Origin: Octopus vulgaris
Taxonomy: Eukaryota
Length of the DNA: 64,000 nucleotides
Assembly (NCBI GenBank): GCA_951406725.2
Contig: OX597816.1
Location: 95,976,001 to 96,040,000 of the forward strand
Direction of reading: 5' to 3'
The position numbers were made by a program, and so were the translations under genes. Positions 26,159 to 40,353 of this stretch are shown piece by piece (the stretch's first letter is position 1; each line of letters begins with the position of its first letter). The notes under the pieces are model-generated. The model had not been told where the DNA came from, did not search any database, and saw only the letters and a list, made by a program, of their open reading frames with translations.

Positions 26159-27685
26159 ATAAAGTATTCATGGACTGTAAACTGTTATCTATACCTTTTT
26201 TTGTACGTGAGGTTTAGATTAAAATTAAACAACATCTTGTCGATCGAAGCTACGATAAAACCTCACTAATTCTAAGGAATTTCAAGTTATTTCATGCATA
26301 ATAATGTTGATATAAATAAGAGCGCCGTGTCGCTTCAGTTTCAGTTGTCAAATATTTCAGAGAACTCATTTCTAAAGAGCATAATTCCAAACTAGAAAAC
26401 ACATTGTTGAGATTCGATGGATGTGTGGATTTCACTTAACATCAAATGTAGAACTATTTTAACAGGAAATGTATACTATATCAGGAATTAGTTATGCAAT
26501 ATATATACATACATATATACGTACGTACGTACACATACATACATACATACATATATACATACATACATACATACATACATACATACATACATACATACAT
26601 ACATACATAATACATACATACACATATATGTGTATGTGTCTATGCATCCATACATACTTATATTCATACATGCATATACACATATATATACATGTATCCA
26701 CATCTATCAATCTATCTATTTCTCTCTATATATACATAAATACAGATCTATATACATACAATCATTCATACAAGCATATATACAAATATATACAAATGCA
26801 TACATGCATACATATAACATTATTCTTTATTCACAGTAAAATTTGAGGAAAAAATGTCACGTCTTTCATACAACTGTCTGAATCTTCACCTTTGCTTATC
26901 ACATGTAATGCGCTTGTATGTGTAAGAACTTTTTGCGATATCACCCTTTTTTATTAGATGAAAATTGTGTCGTCATATTAGTTCCTACAAATGAAAAACA
27001 ACCAAACATTTACGCATACATGAATACATACATACATACACACAAACAAACATACATGCATTCATACATACATACATACATACATACAAACATAAATATG
27101 TACAGACATACATCGTAACATGTACATGCTGTTGGTAGTGTGGAATTCATTGTATGTAGGATTTGATATATAACATTCATACACACATACATACAAAGAG
27201 TCACACATACATACCGATTTACACACACATACACATACGCACGCGCACACACACAAGCACACGCACACACACACACACAGAGTAAGAGTAAGGGAGAGAA
27301 AGACGCTTCAGTGCGTGAAAGCATCAGACATAGTGTTTATTACATAGTCATTAGCTTAAAGCTAATTTAAGGTTGGTGCAAAGAAATATTAACAGTGAGA
27401 GATCAAAATCGAATATATTTGGATGGGCATAAATTGCTAACACCGGAGCACGAATTCTGAGATAATTTTGTAATCATGAAAGGTATGATAAAAATAAATT
27501 TTGATTATAAGCCTACTTGATCAACTCTCTGCATTTCGCAACTTGCACCCAACCAAAAATATCTGTCATTTAGTTATTTGCATCAATCCTAAATAAAATT
27601 TAAGACATATAATTATGTATGTATGTATGTATGTATGTATGTATGTATGTATGTACTTATCTATGTACTTATGTATGTATGTATG

Positions 27686-28140
27686 TTACGATCGAGAAGG
27701 TGAATCATAATGACCTTTTTGTGTGCACAGTTTGTGACAGATCATTGCCTTTCTTTTGCTGGGCTCAAATCTCATTTGCGGACCCATGAAAAACGAACCT
27801 CCACCAACTACTCTGCCTACATATCTGTGCACACATTTCAATGCCCTGTATGACATAAGGACTGCAAATCTAACGGAGGCTTCAATAGACATTTTAAGAT
27901 CTACAAAGATCAGAACTTATCTGCAACTCTTGGTGGTCCAAATCTGATACGCAATTTATGTGGATGTCTTTTCAATACACTGTCTTATTTAAAAATCTTC
28001 ATCAGACGCCATGATGGATATAAGGTGTAGGTACAAGAGGTAGTCGGACTCTGTATAAGGAGTAGACAATCGCCATGTATGTATGTATGTATGTATGTAT
28101 GTATGTATGTATGTATGTATGTATGTATGTATGTATGTAT
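27686..28140 (+). mobile_element. LINE 3' end (probably RTE clade) encoding three decayed C2H2 zinc fingers, with a (TATG)n tail
   Basis: FVCTVCDRS../..AGLKSHLRTH; FQCPV*HKDCKSNGGFNRHFKI; xNLCGCLFNTLSYLKIFIRRH; then a stop, a short UTR and (TATG)n. Confidence 0.65.
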
Positions 28141-28149
28141 GTTATGTCA

Positions 28150-28655
28150 GGTCACTTTCGTCACTTTCGAGTGCTACTGGTAACATGTAACCTAGTACAA
28201 CCTGTTGCATGGTCGGGTCGTCGGCGACTAAACCAGTAACCTCACCAAGCATGCTTGGTGAGGAGGGTGTTTATTGGACATCCTGTGGGAGGAAATACAA
28301 AACCCGTCAAAGGGCGGAGGAACTCTTGAGAGTCAACGGCCATCCAATAAATGTCTTAAGGCTGTATCATGCGCGGGAACATAGAAATAATCGGACTGAA
28401 TACCCGATCGCGCGGTTAAACCATTGGGAGTGAAGGACTCCTAGCCTTTGTTAGGGCATCCTTCTAGGAGAAGGTAACTCAGGTAACTGGGATAACTCCG
28501 ACATAAAACCTGCGGCTCAGTGGTTACCGATGATGTTGACTTGTTCTTCTTTTCGGATTATGGCTACTGTTGTTTAGTGAGTGGGATTGACTCAGTGCAC
28601 AGCCGTTCCTCACTTAAAAAAAAATCTTCTTGCACAGGCATTGCACGATAATAAC
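28150..28655 (+). mobile_element. RTE-5'UTR-like non-autonomous retroelement segment
   Basis: GC-richer and structured. GGGCATCCTTCTAGGAGAAGGTAACTC resembles an RTE 5'UTR motif. HDV-ribozyme-like 5' end. Confidence 0.45.
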
Positions 28656-28709
28656 ATTGATTAAGCTTCGCACAATGGCCATACTCGATAACGAGGGAGC
28701 AGCTACCAT

Positions 28710-28914
28710 GTATGTATGTATGTACCAAAAGACGTGTTATAATACTATTCCACAGCCGTACCAACAATCCCATAATACTAATCCACATATAGCTGTTGAT
28801 GGAAGTATGCTGGATTCTTGGTATGGCTGTTTTTGTATATGTAGATTAGTATTATTGGATTGTTGGTACGGCTGTGGAATAGTATTATAACACATCCTTT
28901 TGATACATACATAC
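28710..28914. repeat. Foldback hairpin in (TATG)n
   Basis: GTGTTATAATACTATTCCACAGCCGTACCAACAATCC (28734-28770) pairs with GGATTGTTGGTACGGCTGTGGAATAGTATTATAACAC (28857-28893). Confidence 0.9.
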
Positions 28915-30142
28915 AGAAGTAAACAGACACACCATAAAACATTGTTCTATGCTTAATTGAACTTGAGAAGGTTATATATTTTTATTAATTGACATTTTTA
29001 TGTTTCAGATTCTATATGTGAATATTTAATCATGCCATGTACAAAAGATACCTTGGAACTCTAAATTTCAATGAGGCAGTATTGTCGATCAATCTGAAGG
29101 TGAACTTAGTGTAAACCTGCAGAAAACATTGGGATCCTGCTTCCTACAGTTAATAGAATGACTTTGCAATTTACCAGAGAGAGAAAGCAGGCTACATCAC
29201 CTCACCCAGGTTGACCAGAGCCCTCTGACAGAACCCGTCACTTTGTTAAGAGAAATGTGGAGGATAATCCTTGATGCAAGGCCTCTGACATAACAGAACA
29301 AGATAATGTCAGTCCCAGAACAGCTGTCAGGCATCTCTACAAACTTGACTATTAAGGCAGAGCAGGAAGAAACCACTTCTTCGACCAGCCAATATCAGAA
29401 TGGGAAAGAATTGGGCCAGTGTGATGGTGGAAAGGCTACTAGCATTTTGGGACACTGTCATATCTCTGATAAGTCCAGATTTGCTGTTTTTTCTGACAGT
29501 GGTCGAATGTGGGTCTGGAGACTGTAATGAAGAATTTGACGTGAAAATATTGCAGCCAACAATGAAACATGGCAGCTATTTTGTGGTGGTCTGGAGAGCA
29601 ATTCGGAGCAATGGTCGATCAGAGCTAGTAGAGTTTGAAGGAAACATACACTCAGATAAATATGTGCCCATATTGCAGAAAAGACACCTTCCAATCTTCT
29701 TCAGTAGTAAAATGACTAAAGAAGACTCTTTATTAATGGAAGATGAGATCCTTGACACACAGCTAAAATGACCCAAGATTGGTTGGAAGATAATGGTATT
29801 AAAAAACTTCCATGGTCAAGCCAGCCACCAGATATGAACCCTATTGAACATCTCTGGGGCACAATGGACAGGGTATTTCATAAAAAGAACAAGAAAGCAT
29901 CCTCAAAGCCAGATCTTTTGAGATTACAGCATGACACTTAGCAAACACTTCATCAAGAGAATGTTTGTCATCTGATTAGTAGCATGCCTAATAGAGTACT
30001 TGTATAGAAAAAGGCAAAGGGCATGTCTACTAAGTATTAGATATTCACATTATAATAATTAATAAATAAATTGAATGTATAATTCCAGATTTAAGTAAAT
30101 TTTAACGATTATAAGGGTGTCTATTTACTTCTATTATAGCTG
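28912..30142 (+). mobile_element. Tc1-family DNA transposon, full length but decayed (transposase ~29032-30040)
   Basis: SDKSRF, VVVWRAI, LLMED and [15 protein letters not shown] (DD34E-type), ending ...KGMSTKY*. TIR AGAAGTAAACAGACAC / GTGTCTATTTACTTCT. Confidence 0.9.
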
Positions 30143-30599
30143 TGTATGTGTGTATGTGTTTGTATGTGCATGCGTGTGTGTGTGTGTGTATGTGTGTGCA
30201 TGTGTGCGAGTGTGTATTTGTGTATATGTATGCACCTACGTACCAATAATAAAGATTTTTCCGCCCTTGGCTTTTTTCTTTTAATTTAACCTTACTTGCA
30301 TAATTCTATATATGAGTGTCACGCAGCAACACTATATATCTAAGTGTCTAAGTGTACAAGTCTGTTCCTGAATTGTATATCAACAGATATTGTACATCAA
30401 GGAATTGTATAAAAACAGAACAATAGATCTATATATGGCGCTTTGCTTTTTAACCATTTACTTCTGAGATATAGGTATGCTAGATCATTAATCACAAATC
30501 TAAACAATAACAACAACAATAACAAAATAGAAGAGAAACATGTCTGTTGTAAATGTATTCCTGAATATGTATCTGATAACGAATGATCTGACAATATAG

Positions 30600-31480
30600 T
30601 TACTGCTGGATTTGGACTGGAAATGAGGCTGCATTGCTTGGGCAGGTTAGGATCCGTTTGTAGTATACAGATTGAAGGAATGAAGGGCAGCTGTAGAACG
30701 TTTGAAGTGGTAGCGAAAGAGAAGAGAAATCAAGTCCGAAAGCTTGCTTATGGTTGTAGCATGCAGGCGAACAAATCGTTGCAAATCAAATAAAAAGATA
30801 TTTCATTTGATGCAGCCAAGTAGATTTATACCCGTAGCAACAGCCCTGTTCTATCTGTGCAGTCAGTATTACATCAATAGTGGAACTTCGGCCTTGTTAT
30901 AATCGTTTGAATTTCTCGTTCTGAAGAAGACAATTAGTGATAGACATATCAGTTACGTACTTGCACTCATCATAATGAGAGCGTCAGATGTTGTGAAGTC
31001 TAGAATTTATCATAACTTTGAGAGTTTCTTAGGCAGGATTTTTATTCTCAGCTGTAGTGAGACCTGTTCGATTCGATCTGTAATCAAAGGCATTCTAGCC
31101 GTAACTTTCCTGGCTTTTTCAAGACATAATATCTCAAGGGCAACAATAGCCGAACTATCCTCCCTTTTCTTAATATTATGATATGTTCATTTGATGGGGA
31201 AGGAGGCTATAATATTACTATTAGAAGGTCATTTTAAGGTCATGGAAGCAATCTATACCCAGTGTATCTAACCCGAGTGAGGATGATGTCCACATGCTAA
31301 AGTTGTATGGAGAGGATGTCAACTGCAGACGAGTATGTGTTATAAGTAACAGCAAATATGCTTTTGATGAGCAGGAAGAATGTGTTTGAGGCAGCCTAAA
31401 AGCTTCAGCCAAATTCTCTCTAATAGTATCTTCTATTCGAAAAGGACGCTTCGAATAATGTACTCGCAAGTACATTGTAT
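30600..31480 (-). mobile_element. Heavily decayed RTE-like RT fragment
   Basis: QGRSSTIDVILTAQ (cf. GRSTIDMIFTARQ) and GKVTARM. Many stops. Confidence 0.4.
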
Positions 31481-32534
31481 AGAGGAATTCTTTTGATCAT
31501 AGCTCTGGTCGTTTCAGTATTGACTGACTTAACGAACTTAAAATCAGCAACGACTACAATATTTGGGATACCTCAGGAACAGAAAGAGATTCAACTGGCA
31601 ATGTAGTTATGAATCTAATCTACTGAAAATGGCTAATAGCAGGTGCAGCAAAACTTTCAGATTCACCAATATTGATAGATGTTTCAACAATAACCGCATA
31701 GTGAGCACAATGATGATAACTACAAACGATAAAAGCTCACCTACTTTAAGATACCATTACTGTTGCACTCATCATCATCATCATCATCTTCACGGTGGTA
31801 TAATCAGCTTGGTATCATGTTCCACGACCAAACTGACAATGCCGAGTTAATAACTGTCATAGCGACACATAATACCTCCAATGTTGTGCAAAGACATGCT
31901 GAAAAGTTAATGACCAACACCGTTGTCGATATCTAATTATAGATAATTATGGAATTTAAGAAATAATTCTATCATACCATTTCTAATTTACACAATAGGA
32001 ATTATACACAATCACATCAGTAAAGATACCAACAGGTCAGTTTACAGATATACTAACGTTCCAGAAAATAATAATACTAATAATTGTAAATATTGTTTGA
32101 GTATTGTAGCAGAGCATTTGTTAATGTTGAATATTTACATTCACCCTTTCTACTAATGTGAACATTTATTTATTACTTGTAATACAAGACAGAAAGCTAT
32201 TAATGTATCTATCAAGCAATAAATAAATAAATAAATAAAATAATGATTACATATTCTTTGGAAAGTAACACAATCTATTAAAAACATGTTCAAAGCATAA
32301 ATGGTATTTATTTTACAAAACTCAAAGAGATGAAATAAAATCTTACTTCAGTGGAATTTGATCTCAGTTATTGACTGAAATAAGGAAAGTGTTGATGGTA
32401 TACGTAATTATATTATTTATATATTTGGCTATACGCTTTTCCACTTCCAACACAATACCACCATAAAAATGCAATACATACATACATGAATACATTCACA
32501 CATACACACATACAAATATACATATATACATACA

Positions 32535-33310
32535 CACTTATGCTGAACTATTGAAAAATTTGCTGTTACTCTACATAGATTACAAGTTCATGTTTATACC
32601 TGCAATTATCGGGGGCGTCAGATATATAATACACTACCTAAATACTAATATTGAGAAATTAGGCTTCTCAAAACTAGAAAGGAGAAAGCCAATTCGAAGA
32701 CTACATATCCAGTCCATCACTGGAACTGTAAAAATCTGTAAAACTTTACAGAAGTTAATCATTTAAACGTATATGAGCATGTCTAGATATGCATGAGAAT
32801 ACGTACATAAAACATACATACATACATACATACATACAAACAAACAAAAATACCCTGTTGTTGATGTTGAAATTCCAATTAAGGAACCTTGGATCTAGGA
32901 TAGAAACCGGTTCTTTCTCTATTGGCAACAAATCTTAAAATAAACTGAATGACATACATACATACATACATACATACATACATACATTGCAGCCGAATAG
33001 ATAAAATTTGGACCACATTTAGACAACGTGTTTGCAGTGTCAGTACTCATACCAACATTTGGGCTGCTTGATTGGACGCTTGATGAGATCCGAGCCACTA
33101 ATGTGAAAACCAGAAAAATACTTACAAGCACACAAAATTTCCACACAAACAGTGACGTAGACCGCCTGTACCTAAAACGAAAACAAAGCGGCAGAGGCTT
33201 AACATCGATCCAAAATGTCTTTGAGTGTCGCATCATATCTCTTCGGCAACATCTTTTAACCACCAATTGTCGAAGTGCATCGCTTGACAAAGTTTGCATA
33301 GATGAGACTT
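32535..33310 (+). mobile_element. R4/Dong-like LINE family 1: 3' end (32535-32952), (CATA)n, then an RT-thumb fragment (32987-33310)
   Basis: FIPAIIG...IQSITGTVKICKTLQK*; [15 protein letters not shown]...[15 protein letters not shown]. The 3' UTR recurs at 60300-60385 on the minus strand. Confidence 0.75.
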
Positions 33311-35296
33311 ATAACGTCTTAAGAAATGGAGTCCTGTCACATGAGCAGAAGGGTTGCAAGCATAAGTGCAGAGGTACCAAGGATCAACTCCTGATAGCCA
33401 AAACTGTACTTAGAGACTGTAAGAGAAGGAAAAGTAACTTAGCCATGTCATGGATCGATTATCGTAAGCCGTACGTTATAATACCACATTCTTGGATTAT
33501 GGAGTGTATGAACCTATTTGGTAATGCATCGAATGTTGAGCGATTGTTTGGAAAAAGTATGGCGAATTGGAGGACGGACCTGACAGCACACGGAAGAAGT
33601 TTAGAGACAGTAGAAATTAGGAGGGGCATCTTCCAACTGGACTGCTTGTTCCCACTGATCTTTGTACTGTACTTGATACAACTGACGCTGATTCTGAGGA
33701 ATGCAAAAGCTGGGTATGTATTCAAAAGCCGCTAGCAAAAAGTGAACCATTTGTAATTCATGGATGACTTCAAACTGTATGGTAAAGATGAAGCCCAAGT
33801 CAGTTCCCTCGTTGATACGGTGTATACCTTCAGTGCTGATATCAGAATGGGGTTCAGACTGTGAAAGTGTGATGTGTTAGTCTTGAAGAGAGGCAAAATC
33901 AAATATATGAACGGGCTAACGATACCGTCGGGGAAGGTTATGAAGCAGATAGAAGAGACGGGCTATAAGTACTTGTGGTTTTGGAAATGGATAAATTGAT
34001 GGAGAAAGAACTGACAGAATAATTTAAGGTAAAGTACTACTGCAGACTGAGACTGATCATTAAGTCGAAATTAAACGGGCGGAATAAGATCGAAGCTATC
34101 AACACCTGGGCGGTTTCACTCCTTAGATATGGAGCAGGGTAATCGCATGGACAGTAGAGGAACTAAACAGGTTAGACAGAAAGACAAGAAAGTTGCTAAC
34201 TAGATATGGGTCACTCTACCCAAAAAGTGACACAGAGAAACTGTATGTACCATGAAACAGAAGGGGAAGTGGACTTATTGGATGCGAACACAGCATTAGA
34301 GTAGAAGAAAACACCATAGCATGGTATGTAATAAATGCCACAGAACCGCTGTTATTAGGAGTAAGAAGGTCAGTCTTGTGTAGGATGAAAGACTGCAAAG
34401 ATAAAGCACTATACAAGAGATTGAAAACGAAACAAACTGAAAATAGGTGTGTAAAGAAAAGAATTCATGGTCAATTTCATAGGGATGTTGAAGATAAGAC
34501 AGAGAAAAAAGATGGCTGTGGATGACTAAAAGTGATTTAAAACCGGAAACGGAGGCTCTAATTTATGCTGTCCAAGAACAATCACTAAGAACAAACTACA
34601 TAAAATACAGAATAGATAACACAGCAGAAAGTGATAAGCGCAGAATCTGTGGACAAAACGGTGAAACCGTATGGCATATTACCAGACAACATACGCCACT
34701 AGCTCAGAAGGAATATAAGAGACGTCACAACAATATAGCCAGTCTTGTCTATTGGACCCTGCAACAAGTATGGACTTGACAGAGCAAAGAATTGGTACGA
34801 CCACAAACCTGAAGGCATCGTCGAAAATAGAAATGCAAAGATCCTATGATTCAGGGCGACCATGAGAAAGAGGATAGGAAGTCTTAATTGAGAAACTATG
34901 ATGGATCATAGATATAGCATACCCAGCTGACAAGAAGTTATGCGATAAGGAAGAAAGAAAAGTTGAGAGATATGACAGGTTAGCTTGGTAAGTTAAGCAG
35001 CTGTGATCGATCAAAAAGGTAGCATTAATACCAATAATTGTCGGAGCCCTGGGAACAGTGAGTAAAAATCTCGAGAAGTACGTTGAACAAATAGGAGCTG
35101 TAGTAAGGGTGGAGCACTTGCAGGAAACAGCACTGCTTGCACCCGCTCGAATACTCCGGAGGGTTCTCGAAAAATAAGAGGTATTATCTTAGTTCACTGG
35201 TAGTGAACAGCTGACACTGTAGTACATATCCAGCGTTAGAAGCTGTGCAAAGGCAATGATGATGATGATGATGATGATAATAATCATAATAATAAT

Positions 35297-35355
<59 letters not shown>

Positions 35356-35377
35356 CAACAATAATAACAATAATAAT
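33311..35377 (+). mobile_element. R4/Dong-like non-LTR retrotransposon family 2, 5'-truncated and decayed (RT, CCHC, REL endonuclease, (GAT)n(AAT)n tail)
   Basis: [42 protein letters not shown] (~33758), KPETEALIYAVQEQ, RICGQNGETVWHI, IPIIVGALG. Confidence 0.9.
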
Positions 35378-37745
35378 TTGTTCTAAATTTGGCCCAAGAC
35401 CTACAATTTTTGAGAGTGGATTAAATTGATCACATCAAATCCAGAGCTCAACTGATACTTCTTATATCGACCATAAAAGAGTAAAAAGCGAAATTGAACT
35501 GGGCAGCATTTAAACTTAGTAGATAAAGAACCAGAAAAAAAAGCAGCTGTGCATTTTGTGCCGTGCGGTAACTATTCTGCCTGTTCGCTACATTCATAAC
35601 AACACCATCATCATCAACAACAACAATAATAAAAATAATTTTTGCTTGTTTCTTTTTGATAATTGAGTGTTTGGAAATCAATATTGATTCAAGATACAAT
35701 TACTTTTGTTTCGTCGGTTAAATTTGCAGCTTCTTCACTTTTGCTGATATTCCATTCAGCTGTTTATATGATTAAAGTAGATATAGCGTAATTACTTAAC
35801 ATTTTTTTCTCTCTCTTTGTAGCCATCCTTAACACTTCTCATATGTCAATAAAGCGATCAATTCGATTGGTTGACATATTCGTAATTGAAGAATGAGATC
35901 AGTTTTATTAGGATATACATCTCTATTTGTCAACTTCATTGATTTGTTACGAGAAACGTTGCTGCATTTTATAATATAAACACTATATCATAGCTCATAC
36001 GTTTTGTATATGGCATGGACAAACAAATGAGCGCAGTTGTTGAACGTATCACTCAACGACAATACAAGAAATGGATTTCGCTTTCCATTACCGGTAGAAA
36101 TGTATATTTTTGTAGAATATACATGCACGCACGCGCACGCACACGCACACATACACACGCATGCACATACATATATGTATGTGATGCATATATGTATATT
36201 TGTATGTATGTATGTATGTATGTATGTATGTATGTATGTATGTATGTACGTATGTATGTATGTATGTATGTATGTATGTATGTATGTATGTATGTATGTA
36301 TGTATGTATGTATGTATGTATGTATGTGTGTATGTATGTATAGCTGTAAATACCGCGTAGAAATGTATGTAACTTCAGTAATGTATCTGCTGTCAGTTTT
36401 GTGGATGTGTATTTCGAATTGTTTAATATTCCAGATACACCATAATATCTAACCCTACATAATTACCACGTGAAAGTGCACATCACTGCAATGAATCCAT
36501 CCTCTGTTTTATCAAAGAATCTACCCAGTTGCCTAACCAACAGAATAAATTATTCATTGAAACAGTAAAATTAGTAGCATTGAATATATAGTAGACATAG
36601 TGCATGTGTCTGATTGTACTACAGATACTGGTAGCCACTACAGACACTGGAAGCAGCGCAATAGAAGTGCGTGCTAGATCCAGATAGTTGAATTACATAT
36701 ACCACCGGTTAGGATATATAGTTTCTGTCTTAGCAGTTTTATGCAAAATGCCTGGGAAGAAACATGACAATGTGAGAAAGCATTTGTGGATGGTGCGTGT
36801 CAATGGAATCGAAAAGATGCAGGACTTCATGCTCTCGAACTGAACCTCTTAAGTGTTCGGCCACGATTGTTCCAGATCATCAATATGTATGATGGTAGTC
36901 TCTCGCATTCCGTGAAAGGCGGCTCAGCAATTACTAACTGAACACTTTGCAAAAATGATTTGTTTATAGTGATCAAATATTTGTGCTGTATATTAGCTTG
37001 CTTCCTCCATGAAATCGGCATTGCCTGTACAGGTGCACGATGTGCTACATAACAGGTGTCGAAATGATCACAGTTCATAAGATGAAGTGTTTAGCTCAAG
37101 AACACAATCGATCACTCGGTCCAGAAACTGAAAATATGATCTCTCGATCTTGTGTGCCATACCCTAGCCACTTGGTCATGCGCTCTGAATCATCGATATA
37201 AGTACCTAGAAAAATCTGAAAGTCATGCTTATGTGATAAGGGCAAACATTTGGGTTTTTTAATTGTCATCAAGTCAAGAGGCAGCATTTGGCCAAAATGT
37301 GAGGTAGATGTATTGACTTACAAGATTATACAATGTATCGAAATGCAAGGATTTCAAGAAATGTTCTTTTTATGTGTTTGCTTGTTAAGTCGATATTTCC
37401 AATTAAAGTGCGCTTCATGTAATTTGATTTAGAAGACATAATTTATATTTAGATGTGGTTCAAATCTAATCAGAAACTGAAAGGTTGATTCAAACGATAT
37501 CCGTGCCACACTCACATGTGGACTTTCACAGACGTACGCACGTACACACATGTGCAAAGATGCAAGCATACACATATACACAACTATGTAGGAATACTTG
37601 TACATTTATATATCTTTATGTCTGTGTTCTCGCTCTACATGTGTATATGTATGTGTATGTATATTGGTATTTATATGTAAGTATGTGTAAGTACACACGT
37701 ATGTATGTGTATGTGTATGTACACGCAGACACACACAGACACACA

Positions 37746-37794
<49 letters not shown>

Positions 37795-38132
37795 TGATAG
37801 TGACTTCGAAATTTTGCTGATGTGACTTAAGTTAGTATCCTTACAATTAAGGAGCTGATTGAAATGGGTTTCAATATATGCTTACATATATTCACACTTA
37901 CATGTATTCCTTGATGCATGCAGGTGAACATGCACACGAACTCATTCACGGATACACATGCACACACACACAAACACATGCATGAAGATCGCAATAACGT
38001 GAAACTTGAGTCACAAAACAAACTTGTTCCAATAAAAAAATACGCTTGTGTGTGTATATATGCATGTGTGTGTGTGCGCGCGCGCGCGTAAAATTAATTG
38101 TCAAGTGGCCAGTGTGAAATAAAAACATTATA

Positions 38133-38494
38133 GATAATATTTTATACTAATTTATAATTATATAAATAATTATATTAAATGGTGCGGATTGACTACACCG
38201 ACAGGCTACAATTATACGCCAAATGGCTCTAAAACCACTTCTATACTTCATCAGCACGGGTTGTAAGCGGGTAGGTGAATAGATAAATAAGACATTTTGA
38301 TCAATTGTAAATCGATTTCAAACTTAGCGTTATAAAACACCTTGTTATCTTCCATACAATATGTATAAGAATATATATGTATAGATTGGAGTATTGAAGT
38401 GGTTTTAAAGTCATTTGGCGTTTATTCCTAGCGTGTTGGAGTGGTCATTCCGCATCCTTTAATATAATTATTTATATAATTATAAATTAGTATA
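38133..38494. repeat. Foldback element with ~115 bp diverged arms
   Basis: TATACTAATTTATAATTATATAAATAATTATATTAAA...AAAACCACTTC pairs with GAAGTGGTTTT...TTTAATATAATTATTTATATAATTATAAATTAGTATA. Confidence 0.85.
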
Positions 38495-38633
38495 TACATA
38501 TATATATGTATGTATATATATACATATATATATACATATATATATGTAAACATATATACATATATATACACATACATATATATATATATATATGTATACA
38601 TATATACATATATATATATGTATATATATATAC

Positions 38634-38690
<57 letters not shown>

Positions 38691-39169
38691 TAAGAGGGTG
38701 ACCACTATATGGTCGATTCTAGCGCTAAAAATAGATCCGCTATGGTATTAGCCACTAAAAAATTGTTTCCAAGGAAAGTCAGCACAATATTTAACGTAAA
38801 CGAGCAGGGCATATGAAAAATAACAAAATATATAGATTAACTCTGGATAATTGTTTCGCTATTAATGTATATGCAATTTTACTTACACAACATCTATAGG
38901 TCATCAGCAGAATCTGTCTAGAATACAATTTATTAAACCGCTCGCCGAATTTTAACACAACGTTAAACACACGTGTGGTTAAACTCCCTCGCTAAAAGCG
39001 CGCTAAAGACTTCCGGAAACAAATACTGCATAAAAGATTTACTGCAGTATAATTAAAATAAAAAAATAAGGGTGGAAAGTTGGATATTAATTTAATAATA
39101 CCATCAATTTAACACCAAGTGGCTTAGCGCATAAAAAAACCAATGATTGATATATATATGTATATATAC

Positions 39170-39232
<63 letters not shown>

Positions 39233-39245
39233 CATATCTATATAT

Positions 39246-39376
39246 CTGACGAAGAGCTCGGCTCGAAACGTTAGATCCTCCTTCTTTCTTTCCGTTTCTG
39301 AGCATCCAATAACACTATACTTGTTCCACGTCCTCGCGTTTCAGTGTTTTCTCTTTGTTCATGTTTGGATTAACTA
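39246..39376 (+). mobile_element. HHR-bearing repeat, family A, truncated right at the ribozyme core
   Basis: CTGACGA-A-GAGC-TCG-GCTC-GAAACGTT at 39246-39272, directly after TA repeats. Ends GGATTAACT + (TA)n. Confidence 0.8.
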
Positions 39377-39393
39377 TATATATATGTATATAT

Positions 39394-39497
<104 letters not shown>

Positions 39498-40353
39498 GCA
39501 TGTTTGTGTGAATATATGTAGATAGATAGATAGATGTATACATACATACATACTTAAATGTTTACATAAACGTATGTGTTATTTTGTGTGTATGCACACT
39601 GCGTCTCTGCCAATTACTGGCAATAGGTTTTAAAGTGCAAAAATGGACAATTTCGATTGTGATATCAAATGAGATTTGGGAGTTACAATTCGCGTATATA
39701 CTACAGATCGAAGTAAATGTTAAGTGATAAACGCAGCAGCGACAGAGTTTCTTGAATTGCGATCTAAAACGTAGTGTGAATACAATTAGATAGACACTTT
39801 CCACAAAGTTGAATTCATAGAATTCCTTAATTATCTATTGGTTGTGACAATATTCACAGCGACACACAAAAACACACACAGCTATGTATGTATATGACTA
39901 GCAAATCAAAGAACCTATGTGTGCTTATGTAGTTCTGGGAAACATCTGAAAATGCACATACACATACACACAGACCTACCTACTTGTATATGTGTGTGTG
40001 TGTATGTATGTATGTATGTATGTATGTATACGCACACACACTCACACACACGTATATATATGTATACATATACACACACACGTGTGTGAGTTTATGTGTG
40101 TGTGCGTCTTTGTGTGTATGTGCATATGTATGGATTGATGGATGGCTGGGGGAGTAAAAACGCGTGACCCAGATGAAACCTCTTCAAGACTGTACTCTGA
40201 GACACTTCGTTGAAGAGATTCTATCGTTCATACCGACACCAGTTCTTAACTGAACCAATTAAAAATGTTTACAATATAGGTATGGATATACACATACGCC
40301 CCACCCTCGCGCACACAGACACATCTGTAGCAAAAAAGCGATTAATTACTTAA

